Part shown: positions 47,883 to 60,574 of the stretch, piece by piece
How positions within the stretch are numbered: the stretch's first letter is position 1
Layout: each line of letters starts with the position of its first letter
NCBI RefSeq assembly: GCF_902713615.1
Contig: NC_052147.1
Coordinates: 22,184,276-22,248,275 of the forward strand
DNA length: 64,000 nt
Direction of reading: 5' to 3'
Source: Scyliorhinus canicula
Lineage: Eukaryota
Program-made: the position numbers and the translations under genes
The notes under the pieces: generated by a model
Database searches by the model: none
Seen by the model: the letters and a program-made list of their open reading frames with translations, nothing else
Told to the model about the DNA's origin: nothing

Positions 47883-48179
47883 GTAAAGTTAGCATAGCCT
47901 CTTCTGGCCAGGCGTCAGATCCCAGGCATGGTAGATGTGTCACGTTCAGCCCTGTTCAGGTGTCCATGGGTTAAAATGGCCACACCGATGGATATTATTA
48001 GGCTGTCCGTCACTTTTGGCATTGAGTTCAGCCTCTGCACGTGTATGGTAGGAGCAGCCAATTTCAAAGATGGGGAATTACGAGAAAATGTAATTGTGGT
48101 CGGCAAGCCGACTGGGAAAACCTGAACCCCTCTCGTGCACCATGGACAGGGAGCAGTGTTGAAAAATAAATCGACCCTT

Positions 48180-48620
48180 CTCCCTCCAAATCCCTCTGAA
48201 TATCTGCATGCACACTTCCCATCAACTGTCACTGTTTTCATTATGGCATAACCTGCACAATTTAGATATTTTTCAAATGACTCCATCTCTCAGCAATTTA
48301 TTAAAATGATAAATAGTTATTCACTCAGTCCCAACATCGATCTCTGTGGCAGACCATTAATGACACTCAGTGAGGTGCCTTTCCACTGAATCTTCCTCTC
48401 TTGCTTTCATTCAGCAAGCCCTTCTTTAATCCAATGAGATATCGTTTGTATTTATCCGGTGGTCTGAATGTGATGCAGTCAGGACCGTGTCAAATCCCTT
48501 TTCAGATTCGAAGTCAGTAACATCAAATATCTAATTTGTGTCCACAAGATCTGTGACATTATCAAAAACAACCAAATAGATTTGCCCGAATGCACGCGTT
48601 TGTTCATATTCACCTATTTT
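48180..48620 (-). mobile_element. Ancient CR1-like RT remnant
   Basis: Minus-strand GLPQRSMLGL...FIILIN resembles GVPQGSVLGPLLF.IYIN. Confidence 0.5.
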
Positions 48621-49184
48621 ATTCTGATATGCAAAATAATGCAAGACTTCCTTTCTTATCTAACATTAAATAGAACTTGACAGTCAAATTATTTATATAA
48701 CATTATTAACATTTGCTCAGTCAAATTATATATTGAGGTATTAACGATGTATGCAAGAAGCTTCCAGGAGATTCAGTGAATAATTCACTAATAATTCAAC
48801 AAGGGTGTAACACAGCTGTCGAATACATTGAGATGTGCTTCAACAGATGGGGAAAGATTGTTTGGGTTGATACAACATAATATATGTTGAAGAAACCTAG
48901 AGGGGGCGCTGGTTTGGTACCAGCTGTGAATCTTGCTGCAGAGATCCAGAGATTTCACTCGGATCATATTTTTCACTTGTTCTGTAACTAGTCAGCGGGA
49001 GGCAGAGTTTCCAACCTGTCCTCCTGGACAGGAACAGTGTTTAGAAAGGGTACGTTCCCCACAGATATACTTATTGCTTTGCTAACGCTTGCTCCACGTC
49101 ATCGCGACACTGCCGACTCTTTAGTTGGCCAGAGACAGGTGGTAGTCACATGACTTAAAGATAAATAGTCCTGATATTCCTCTT

Positions 49185-49337
49185 AATAATGATAGCTTAG
49201 TGTCACAAGTAGGCTTCAATGAAGTTACTATGAAACGCCCCTAGTCACCACATTCCGGCACCTGTTCGGGGAGACCAGTATGGGAATTGAACCCGTGCTG
49301 CTGGCCTTGTTCTGCATTGTAAGCCAGCTGTTTAGCC
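49185..49337 (-). mobile_element. tRNA-derived SINE (9259 family)
   Basis: Reverse complement of 17721-17900. Confidence 0.85.
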
Positions 49338-49939
49338 ACTGTGCTAAATCAGCCCCATAATATTAGGACACCTGTCTCACCATGTGAATCCATGAGTACA
49401 TCAGGGCGTCGATCAATTGGCAATGGTGAAGTGCTCCCATTTGTACTGTGTGGTTCACCAGGCATAGATCCCTCAAATTTACTTTATCTCTCGCCTGAGG
49501 AGCCAATCTCTGTGGGTGCCCAGGAGAGATGCAGTGCCAGGCGGAGTTTACTCAGAATAGGTGCCCTACTCCAAGCTATATTTTTTTCAAGAGATGTTTG
49601 TTGTGAATTTTTCTCCTGAGAAAAGGACTTAAGAGGAAAGAGACAAGAGCTGGAATGACAAGGAGAGGCTGGACAGCAGTCCATGAAAATCTGGACCATT
49701 ACAGTTGAGGGTTTGAAGCTGATTGAACACGTGACTGTTTGTGGTACATGAAAAGATAAGCAGTCACTCTTACTCAGAGAAGCCATCAACGCTACCGTCT
49801 CCAATGTTCTTTCCTTTTCCTGTTCCATTGTCTCCAGTTCCGGCCGCCTCACAGCCATGCCCAACCCCTCCCAACACCACCTCACATCATCTTATTTCTT
49901 ACCTTGTCATCTCCTGCAGAAGAAAGAAAGGTTATGAAT

Positions 49940-52300
49940 GTCTGATGTTTTTCATTATTTCATGAGATCTGAGCATCACTGGCAAGTTGGCCACTCTTAA
50001 TTGCCCTTGAGAAGGATGTGGTGAGCTATCTCTTCAATTGCTGCAGTTTATCTGGTGTAGGTATACTCAAAGTGTTGTTAGGAAGCAACTTTCAGGATTT
50101 TAAGCCAGTGACAAGGAAGGAACAGCAGTATATTTCCAAGTCAGGATAGTGTTTGACTTGGAGGGGAACTTGCATGATTTTCCCATGTGTCTGCAGACCT
50201 TATCCTTCCAGGTAATAGAGGTTGGGTGTTTAGAAGGTGCTCTCGAAGGAGACTTAGTAAATTATTGCAGTGCATCTTGTGGGTGGCACTCACTGTTGCC
50301 ACTGTGCAGCAGTGGTTGGGGGGGGGGGGGGGGGGGAAAGGGGGGGGGGGTGGGGGGGGGGGGCGAAGGTGGTGGATGGGGTTCCAATCAAATAGCCTGC
50401 TTTGTCCTGGATGGTGATGAGCTTCTTGAGAGTTGTTAGGGCTGCACTCGTCCAGGCAAATGGAGAGTATTCCATCGCAATCCCGACTTGTACCTTGTGG
50501 AGGGAGTCAGGAGGTGAGTTACTCTCCGCAGTATTCCCATCTTCTGACCTTCTCTTTTTGCCACAGTTTTTATATGGCCGGTTCAGTTAAGTTTCTAGTC
50601 GATGGTAACCCCCTGGTGTTGTTTGTGGGGGATTCAGCAATAATGACCGTATTGAATGTCAAGGGCAATGGCTAGATCTTCTTTTATTGGAAAGAATCAT
50701 TGTCAGGCACTCATGTGGTGCAAATGTTACTTGCTACCTACCTATCAGCCCAAGTCTGAACATAGTCCAGGTTCTTGCTCTACTGGGCAAGGACTGTTTC
50801 AGTATCTGAGGAGTCACGAATAGTGGTTAACATTGTGCAAGCATTTGAGAACATCCCCGCTTCTGACCTTATGATGAGGAAAAGGTCATTGATGAAGTAA
50901 CTGAAGATGGTTAGAAATAGAAAATACTCTGAGGAACTCCTGCTGTCCTGCAGTTGAGATGATTGGCCTCCAACAACCAAGATCATTGTCCTTTGAGCTA
51001 GGTATGACCTGTGCAGAGCTTTCCTACAATTTGAACTGACTTCAATTTTGCCAAGGCACTTTGGTGCCGCACTCAGCTAAATGCTACCTTGGTGTCAAGG
51101 GGAGTCACTCTCATCTCACCTCTTAAATTCAGCTTGTTTGTCCATTGGTCAAGGCAGCAATGAAGTCTGCAATTGAGTGGCCCAAACCAAATTGAGCATT
51201 GGTGAACAGGCTATTTCTGAGTAAGTGTCTCTTGATAGCCCTGCTGACAACACTTTCCATCTCTTTGTTGATCATGAAGAGCAGACTGATGAGGCAGTAA
51301 TTGGGCAGAATGGGTTTGTTTTGCTTTCTGTGGATGACATAGCTGGGCAATTTTTCACATTGTTGGATAGACGTCAGCGTGGTAGCTGTACTGGAACGGT
51401 TTGGCTAGGCATTCACAGAACAGTACAGCACAGAACAGGCCCTTCGGCCCTCGATGTTGTGCCGAGCAATGATCACCCTACTCAAACCCACGTATCCACC
51501 CTATACCCGTAACCCAACAACCCCCCCTTAACCTTACATTTTAGGACACTACGGGCAATTTAGCATGGCCAATCCACCTAACCCGCACATCTTTGGACTG
51601 TGGGAGGAAACCGGAGCACCCGGAGGAAACCCACGCACACACGGGGAGGACATGCAGACTCCGCACAGACAGTGACCCAGCCGGGAATCGAACCTGGGAC
51701 CCTGGAGCTGTGAAGCATTTATGCTAACCACCATGCTACCGTGCTGCCCCGATGGTTCTCGAGCACAAAGCTTCATCACTACACCAAAAATGCTGACAGG
51801 GGCCATAGCTTTTGCTTCATCCAGTGCCTTCAACCATTTCTTGGTATCACATGGATTTAACTGAATTGGCCGAAGACTGGGCATCTGTGATGCTGGGGAC
51901 TTCAGGAGGAGGCTGAGGTAGATCATCCACTTGGCACTTCTGGATGAAGATGGTTTTGTTTCAGCCTTGCCTTTTTGCACTGGCGTGTTGGACCCTGCCA
52001 TCGTTAAGGATGGAGATGTTTGTTGTGGTTCCTGTTCACCATTGAATTGTCCGCCACCATTCCCAGCTGGGCGTGACAGGGCTGCAATGCTTTGATCTGA
52101 CCCATTATGTGTGGAACTGTTTAGCTCTGGCTATAGGCTGCATGGTGAACTATGTTGTAGCTTTACTGGGTTAGGTTTGATTTTAGACTTTGCCTGGTAG
52201 TGCTCCTCACATGCCCTCCTACTCTTTTCCTTGTACCTGTGTTGGTATTCTGTCTTGATGGTAATGATTAGAGTGTGGGCTATGCTGAGACTGGAACATC
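49940..52300 (-). mobile_element. Degenerate CR1-clade LINE 3' 2.3 kb, interrupted by HE1
   Basis: LTIFSYFINDL..IIRSEAGMF, MEYSPFAWTSAA.TTLKKL.TIQDKA, NY..ISLL.IINKEMESVV, KKWLKALD.AKAM.P. Confidence 0.8.
51413..51750 (-). mobile_element. Full-length young HE1-type V-SINE
   Basis: Near-consensus head, V domain and CR1 tail. Confidence 0.93.
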
Positions 52301-52584
52301 TACATCTACGTAGTGTGTAAGCTGAGGCAAGGTGCCTGGAGGAGGTGGATCAATTGCGAACTGAGGAAGGATTTCTGAGAAGAGTGACCAGTTCTGCAAT
52401 TGAGGACAAGTGAGAAGGTCATTCAGATAGCAGGAGCAATGAAGACACCATGCAGCAGGTGAGTAGGTGAGCGTGTATTTGGACTGGGGATGAAAATCAG
52501 TAGAGTATGCCAATGTGAATGATGCTCAAGGATGTACTGCAGGGTTTACAATTGTTCTAACTGCAGTTGGAGGGAGAAGTATAC

Positions 52585-52895
52585 CAAGATGGTGCCACAG
52601 CATCTAGCACTGCTGCCTCACGACACCAGGAATCCAGGTTCAATTCTTGCTTTGGATGACTGTCTGTGTGGAGTTTGCACACTCTCCCCGTGTCTGCGTG
52701 TGTTTCCTCTGGGTACTCCAGTTTCCGCCCACAGTTCAAAAGATGTGCAGGTTAGGTGGATTGGCCAAATTGTTCCTCGATGGGATTGCAGGGAAAAGGC
52801 GGGGGATTTGACCTGGGTGGGGTTCTCTTTTGGCAGGTCAGTGCAGACTCGATGGGCCAAATAGCCTCCTTCTACACTGTAAGGATTGTATGATT
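52585..52895 (+). mobile_element. HE1-type V-SINE
   Basis: Head, V domain and ...gatgggccaaatagcctccttctacactg tail. Confidence 0.85.
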
Positions 52896-52934
52896 AACAA
52901 TGCAGGGGACCAAGGTAAGCGGAGCCAACTCACC

Positions 52935-53105
52935 TTTTTTTAAAACAATTTCCCAATTAAAGGGCAATTTAGCGTGGCCAATCCACCTACCCTGCACATC
53001 TTTGGATTGTGTGGGTGAGACCCACGCAGACACGGGGCGAATGTGCCAACTCCCCAAATACAGTGACCCAGGGCTGTGATCGAACCCGGGTCCTCAGCAC
53101 CGTCA
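52935..53105 (-). mobile_element. Short A-tailed V-SINE, 5'-truncated
   Basis: 17-bp TSD ggagccaactcaccttt. Confidence 0.88.
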
Positions 53106-54281
53106 GGAGCCAACTCACCTTTGCAGACCTTGTGAGGTTGTGGAACTCACAAGATGGGCATCCTCTCTCCAGGCTTTCTGACTGAGGATGTTGGACGTCC
53201 AACGTTGTGGCAAAAGCACATCTCTCCTGGTGCTGAAATTGGCCAAGCAGTCCCTCTTCCGGAGAGGTGTCTGGAATAGAAAATGCAGTTGTTCAAGGCA
53301 GGCCGTTTTTTAATTTGCTTTTTGTTGTTCACTTTGCGCTGGGTGCGTGGTTAGGTTTTGCAAAGAACCTGGCAGAAACTGGAAAGAAAACAAGAAATTA
53401 AAAAAAAGTTGTAAACAGACTGTAAACAAGAGTTCCTTTCATTGCGAATGATACAAAGCAGAGACACTGCAAGGAAACTCCTTCAAAATGAACAAATATA
53501 GAGCTCAAGAGGGAGCCTTATAATTATAATTATTAAGAAACCTACAAAGGGGGAAAGGATAACTAATTACCTTAAATATGTCAGGGGAAGTTCAAAATAG
53601 GATAGATAATCCAATCTCCGTGCTTGAGGTACGGAACCAGTGAACTGCGAGCTTTGCTCTTGGACAGACTGGGAATTTTGATGCACTCTCCATATCCTCT
53701 GTGAATGGCTAAATTATATATTTAATGCAAGTTCTGGACTGTCACAAGGAGCTCACGTAACAGGAAGCTGGGCCAATACAGAATACCAGACATTATTGTT
53801 GAACAAAATCTGGCAAATTGGAACGAAAAGAAGGGACCATCGACGCTCTCCAAGGGGCTAATAATTGGCGGAGAGCTGAAGAGCAGTCTCTGAACAATTT
53901 ATGGATGGATAGTGGCTGCAGAGGTTCTGCTGTGTGAGGACGATCCTGTGGTTTTCCATTTCCTGTTCCATCCACAGAAAGACTGCACCATGTGTGAATG
54001 TTGGCTACTTGTCAGCGCCATGTGGCACCTAGGTGGCCTTTGTTTGTACACCGCAGACTATTGGCCATCTAACCACACCAGATTTATTGACAGTGTGGCC
54101 ACAGCAAGCTGTTAGCTGAACTTATAGTTATTTCATTGCTCACCATACATTTACACACTTCAGCAAGGCAATCATATCCAAGTTGCAGTTGGAGCACCGA
54201 CATCTAAAGAGGGTATCAGGCAACACAGCATAGGGCAATCTAGCTGCAGAATGCATGGTTAATCGCTGACATATTGTAAAC

Positions 54282-55053
54282 CAGGGTTTTTCAGACTGCG
54301 GGTCGCGGGTGGTGTCGGGAAGGTCGCGGAGTGATCGGTCGCTGTGATCCTGATTGCAGGAGAAGGGCTCAATAGCCGCTTCTGGTTTTAAATTGAGAAT
54401 GACATCCGCCATCAGCTTTTAAATGGAATGATGTAAGCTCCTGGCCAGAAGCTCCATGCTTTTGGTGCAAAATCAGGAGTAGAGATTCCTCCATTTTCTA
54501 GTTGCAAGCAAGCAAGGCAACAGGACTGTGAAGAACTAAAGATGGATCGTTTTAAATAAAGAAAGAACTGAAATCGGGAACAAAGCAGTATAAAGATGAT
54601 TTCTTGAGGTATGGCTTTGTTAATTGTGCCAGTGTAAGTAAGGGTGCAAAGCCCAAATGTGTTATATGCTGGGAGGTATTGGTGAATGAGAGTTTACAAC
54701 CCTCAAAACTTCAAAGGCATGACGAGTTCGAGGACAGACCTCTTGATATTTTCAAAGGATGCAGCGAAAACATAAATCATCAACTGAAGTCCTTCAGCTG
54801 AAGCAGAAATGTAACATTGAATGACAAAGCAAGTGAGATTGTGAGGACTAAGCACCATCACCTGTCACACTAAAGATAAGCGGAAATGGTGTGTTGCGAA
54901 GGTCAGCTGGCGTGGGTCGCGAAGGTCGGCTGGCGTGGGTCGCGAAGGTCGGCTGGCGTGGGTCGCCAAGGTTGGCCGTCTTGGGTCCTGAAAGTCGGCT
55001 GGTTGGTTTAAGTGGGTGCTGGGAAAAAAATGTTTTAAGAGTTTAAAAAACTG
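54282..55053 (+). mobile_element. hAT (Buster-type) deletion derivative retaining the BED zinc-finger N-terminus
   Basis: TIRs cagggttttt / aaaaaactg; TSD ttgtaaa(c/t); YKDDFLRYGFVNC...KPKCVICWEVLVNESLQPSKLQRH; 22-bp subterminal repeats at about 54895-54990. Confidence 0.88.
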
Positions 55054-55269
55054 TTGTAAATTGTCACATGCCTCGTATCCATTCCACACGCTCCTTCAAC
55101 AAAGTGAGAACAATAATTTGCATTTTAGGAAAACATTGCAACATCTTTCATCAAACAGAATTCAACACCAATAGAGTGTAGGACCGGTGACAAACAGCTT
55201 AGTGATTTGAACGAACATCTTAGAGGAGAAGAGAGAGGAAGAGCTATGCAGTAGGCCATAACATCCCAG

Positions 55270-57228
55270 CGCTAGGGCATTGTATTTGGGGGGGGACCCA
55301 AAGATACACTGGGGGTACATTTCTCAGTTGTCACAGTTTCTTCAGATGCAACATTCACTGGCAGAGGGGCCAGAGGAGTTAGGAGTGCCCGGAGAGGAAT
55401 CACATTTGCAATTAGCGTCCACTTAACTGGCAAGGTGAAGTTTGCATGGATCTCACTGCTCACCATAGATGGAAGAGACGCTAGCAGGAACACCAGTGCC
55501 TCATCCATCTCTTGCCTTACTGAGGTCACTGTTAGTGTATGGGCTTGCAGGTCTGAAAGCAAACCCAGAAACCCTCGATTAAGCTCCTGGACCTGGCACT
55601 CCATGAGGATCACCAATCGCTCAGTAGAGCTGTGTATTCCGAGTTGAGGGTGATCACAGCATTCATGCTCTGCTTGGACTCCACCATTATATGAATCATG
55701 GCATGAAAACTCTCAGGAATCTCTGCCAGATCTTCACGTGATTCTTGCTGGACATTCAACATTTGCTGCCTAATCGGCAACTCCAGAGGCTCATCGTCTG
55801 CCAGTGGTTCAGCATCTTCCAAGTCTCCAACACTTCCCCTGGGAACACTCCAGGTGGGATTATCCATCCCTGCCCATTGCCCAGGTCGTCTGGCCCCGCT
55901 GAAAGTCAATGAATTTTCGGCTGAGCTGCCGAATCTCCCATGGCGGGTCCCACACAATGAGACTGGAAACTCCCCAGCCACTGTTTTTGACAGCTCCTCA
56001 GGCGAGTGTGAGGTGATTTCTGTGCCGAAGTACACAACCCCAACAAAGTGCCAGTATCTGAGGTGGTGCAAAGTGCAGAGCGAGGATTTTACACGATAGC
56101 ATCGGCGGGTCCCTCTTCCTCTGAGATTAATGGAGGACCATTCAGATCCTCTGCTAATCTGGAAGATGATCCATTTAATGGATGAGAAACAGCAGTGAGT
56201 ATTCATGAACATTAAAGAAGCAGAGTAGGTAGCTGCAGCTGCATTCTGAGATTGGGTAAAGTACCATTCAAACATTTACTTATGTAAAAACAGAGAGGGG
56301 CAGTGTTGGAAAAATCTGAATAAAGTTCTCTGCTCTGCACGTGTAAGGAAGCTCCTTTGCATCTTCAGTGAATGCACTTGCGTGGCCTTGCATTTGATGG
56401 TGCATTAACCCACCACCTGCAGTCGCTACATTGTCCTGTGCCCTACAAGGCTCTCTGGGGCAATGTGGTGGTCACGTGAATCAGTGGTGCTGGGGAGGAG
56501 GATATGAAGGAGGGACTGTTGAATATGTTCTTGTCTTCACAGGAGAAGAGGAAGCATAAAGTACTCGACCAAAGCTGTACTGGTGATAGTGCCCCGGATC
56601 TGGCTGTGCTGATTCCGATGGAGAAGGACATTTTGGAATTGGCCTGCGAGCATGGAGCAAAATCTACTGGTCGAGGAGAGGCTGAGATTTTGGAGGAGAG
56701 TAAGAGTGAAGGGGAAATACTTTCGATGGCTGCCACCTTGATCCAAACTTTCTTGCTGGCTTGTGGAGGCCTCCTCTTGACATCATATGGCAACAGTATC
56801 ACCCGATCATCAATTACTACCTCCCAAGTGTCCACAAGCAGTCATCTAAAAGATCTTGGCGCTGTTTGGCTGCAGCCATTTGCATGCCCACTTCCAAGGC
56901 TCGAACCTCCAGATGACATTCCTCAATTCTGTGCACAGGTTCTCCTGCCTTTGAACCTCGATGACCTGCCATAGCTCGATCTGCGACCCTCTCTGCGGCC
57001 TTTTTCTGTTCTTTTAAAGCCCCCACCCTGCAGCTGACGCCATGGAGGTTCCCGCATTGCCTGCCCCAGCAGCGCTAGCTCTCTCTAAGAACTGGTTTCA
57101 CGATGGGTGGCTGTTAATAGGCCAGCCAGCGCGTTATTTCTGTCCGCTGCTGGTCACTGGCGAGAGCAGGGTTTACACCCACAGTCACCCATCACGCATG
57201 TGCTCCAAGGGAAGGATCGTCCGGCCCC
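55270..57228 (-). mobile_element. Old Harbinger remnant carrying a degenerate Myb/SANT-like gene, with a small MITE at about 55852-55980
   Basis: VVIDDRVILLPYDVKRRPPQASKKVWIKVAA resembles the Myb/SANT N-terminus of 26259-27167; downstream coiled-coil-like frame; ...ccggccc terminus. Confidence 0.55.
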
Positions 57229-57644
57229 ACAGTTCAAGGCTTAATATCAAACTTGCAAATTCTGGCGTTTTGAGTCAGATATGACTCTTTCAGAACTGGA
57301 AAACATTCCAAACTCAGTTCTGAGATTTCTCATGACCCTGAGCCACAGAGTAGCGAGAGTTCCAAATTTCCACTACCATTTGTGTGAACCAACTGCTTCC
57401 TGGCATCAACTCTGAAGCCTAACTCTGATTATAAGATTGTTCCAGAGTGACTCTCCCACTAGAGAAAATAGGTCCTCCCCAGTAGAGATGAGGTCAATGA
57501 TCAGTCACAATCATATTGAATGGTGGAGCAGGCTTGAAGGACCAAAAGGCTATTGCTCATGTCCTTATGTAACCATATCAACTCATCTCAATTAGACCTC
57601 AATTAGATCACCCCTTAATCTTCAATATGTAAATAACTTGTCAT

Positions 57645-57800
57645 AATTCTTCCCGTGTCTTTGTGGTTCTCACCCCCACAACCCAAAGATGTGCAGTGGA
57701 GGTGAATTGGCCACGGTAAATTGCCCCTTAATTAGGGGAAAAAGAATTGGTTACTTTAAATATATATTTTAAAACATTTTAATTAAATAAAAATAAATAA
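57645..57800 (+). mobile_element. 5'-truncated short V-SINE
   Basis: 3' half of consensus; TSD aaataac(t/c)tgtcat. Confidence 0.85.
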
Positions 57801-58014
57801 ATAACCTGTCATCGTAAGTTAACTTTCTAGTCCTGTTATCGTTTTAGTCAATGTAAACTGCCACCCCTTCAAGGCCTATCTCAATAGAAGTAAAAATTAA
57901 AAGAGATGTAAAATGAAATGCCAATTCACCATCACTCATTTTTCATAATTATACAATGTAAACATCTGTCCCCGTGAATTTATAGCATTAGTCAGTGTCT
58001 TCCATAAATACTCA

Positions 58015-58382
58015 GGATGCAATGGCATAGTGGTTATATTATTGAACTTAATGATCTGGAGACAAGAGTTCAAATCACACCATGGCTCACGGAGAATGTA
58101 ATTAATTAATGGAGAATTCAATTAATAAAATAAATATAGAATAAATGTAAGTGTCAGTGATGATGACTATTGTCGTAAGAACTCACCCTATTCACTAATG
58201 TCCTTTAAGGAAGGAAATCAGCTGGCTGCATCCAGCCTGGCCTTACACATGACTCCAGACCTACCTAGCAAGAAGGTTAAATCTCAACTGCCCTCTGAAA
58301 TGGCTTAACAAAAAACTCAATTGTGTGGGGATGAGCAATAATTGCCAGAACTACCAGCGTACCGCCAATGAATGAACAAAAA
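58015..58382 (+). mobile_element. tRNA-like SINE (42912 family)
   Basis: Homologous head, ttcactaatgtc core and ...aatgaatgaacaaaaa tail. Confidence 0.65.
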
Positions 58383-58399
58383 GCACAAAGGTTCTGTCT

Positions 58400-58792
58400 G
58401 TAGCAGGGTGTGAGCACAAAGGTCTAAGCTAGCACTCTAGTGCAGTACGAGGAATGTGCTATACTGTTGGAGGCGCTGTCTTCCTGATAAACTGAAGCCC
58501 TGTCTTCTCCCTCAGGTGGACAAACAAGATCCCGTGGCGCCATTTTGAAGGCGAGCAGGGGTTGTTACCCACGGTGTCCTGGTCGAAATTTCTCCCTCGA
58601 TCAACATCACAAAAACAGATTATCTTCTCATTATCACACTGCTGCAAGTACAAGCTTGCTGACTGCAAATTGGCTGTTGTGTTCCCTTCTATAATATAAT
58701 GACTATACTTCAAAGTTACACTTTCGACTGTAAAGCGTTTTGGGAAACCCTGAAGTCATTGAAAAGTGTCATATAAATTCAAGTCTCTTTAT
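58400..58792 (+). mobile_element. DeuSINE (SacSINE1-like)
   Basis: tcaacatcacaaaaacagattatc...attatcacactgctg...caaattggctg...ctgtaaagcgttttggg...atataaattcaagt. Confidence 0.78.
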
Positions 58793-60360
58793 CATTCGGT
58801 TTTTAGTTTCATACACTGTATTTCTTTTTGCTATACATTCATCCTACTATTCTGCTCCTGTTTGCCTCGATTTTATTTCAGAGACCTTCACCTTCTCACA
58901 AAGTTCCATGCTGCTCACTACATTAACACATTACTATAGATTCTTCACCATCTTCCCCCTCCAGGGAAGCACAAAATATTAAATCGACAATTTTTTTTCT
59001 CAGTATACAAGATGAACACTTATTCTTAATAGGTGGCAATTTGCTGGCTGTCATTTGGATCCTAAGTGAGAACTTCAATGATATTTAATGCAGAGCCCTG
59101 GGAATTAATAAACAATAATGTGAGTTTCTCACAGTGTTGTGATATTTTTAGATTTTTCAGGGCTTTTTTTTCTCTTCCCTACCTCCTCCAACCACCCCCC
59201 CCCCCCCCCCCGGGTCAAAATAAGAGCTGACATTTGTTAGAAGTGGGGAAGATTCTGTTATTCAATCGAACATTTTTGGAAAATCGTCAAAGGCTTTGGC
59301 GGGTGTCTCTCTCTTTGGCTCTTATTTGGTTTTACTGTCGCCCGCCTATGCTTGGTTTCAGAAAAGTGATCTGATTCTGACAGATGAATCGAAATGATAC
59401 ACGTCCAGGTACGAACAGCCTGATGCGTAGAATTGGATGAGAATTCTGTTTCCCTGTTCGTTTCTCGGTTGGAATGGGAGGATGGGCGATTTGGTTGGCC
59501 AATGATGGCAGTGTGAGGGCGGGCCAATTGGATCATGTGCTGAAACCTCCAGGGGTACGTCCAACCAGAGTTGGCAACCCAAAGTCAGATGCACGTTTGA
59601 TTCAGGCACTACCCAGTTAACTTTCGACCCCGGCGCAGACCAAATTAATAGTGAGAAAAGTTTATAATTCAGCCGGAAGTGCCCCGGTTTATCTGAAGAG
59701 AGCCTTCCCAGATTAGACACCGAGCCTCACAAGGCGAGTTAGGTCAGTTAGCAGTGAAGGTGAGGCTGCAGGTTCTTCCAGGCTCAAACATCATGGGAGG
59801 CGGATGTCAACAGCGTAACCAACTGTTGAAACATTACCTCAAAATAAGTGAGCACTCGCGACTTAGTTGCTCAAAAGAAGTAGCTTTGGCTTTCTGCTTC
59901 TGAATGTGGATCATCCCTATTTTCAAGATAAGGTTCATATTTATTGCTAACGATGCAGTCAAAGGTCTATCCTCAGCCCCCGGATCCATTTCCATCTATG
60001 ACCCTTAATCTATTACTCTTACTGCACACATCTTTGCACTTTACCACATAGCATGACAATCTACAAACTTTTTTATCTACATTTTTCACTCAGGTTATGA
60101 ATATCAACTCTAAATGTATTAATATTCACATACATAAGTTTGAACTATTACTTTTGAAAACTTTCACAACAATAAAAGTATACTTTGTTAATGATATTTT
60201 GTCAATCCCATTCATAAATAATTATGTCTGATGTAATCCAGCATTTTAAATACCTAAATATGTCTCTGGCACTTTATTTTCCCTTTTTATCACTGCTTAA
60301 CTTAAATATTTGAGGCTGATACGCTGTCTGACAACTGGTCAATATTGACATTAAAGTTAT

Positions 60361-60552
60361 GGCCGGTATTCTCCGGCCGTTGGAATTCTCTATTCCCATT
60401 CTCTATTCCCATCTCCACCCCCACCTGTGGGTTTCCCGGCAGCATGGAATGGCTTCAATGGGAAATCCCATTGGCACGAGTAGAGAATCCGGCAGCCAGC
60501 AAATAGCACACCGCCAAGAAGCACATGGCTGGGGGACTGGAGAATCCAGCCC
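60361..60552. mobile_element. Small Harbinger-type MITE
   Basis: ggccggtattctcc / ggagaatccagccc TIRs. Confidence 0.72.
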
Positions 60553-60574
60553 ATAATACACACAAACAAACACA

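Noticed and set aside
48950-49610. Possible LF-SINE remnant (ggacacctgtc, ttccccacag)
   Set aside because: Only short motif matches; a continuous alignment could not be established by eye.
59362-59408. Exon-like segment (tttcag|...CAG|gtacga)
   Set aside because: All three frames contain stops, and it lies next to a probable DNA-transposon end (gttggcaaccc at about 59570).
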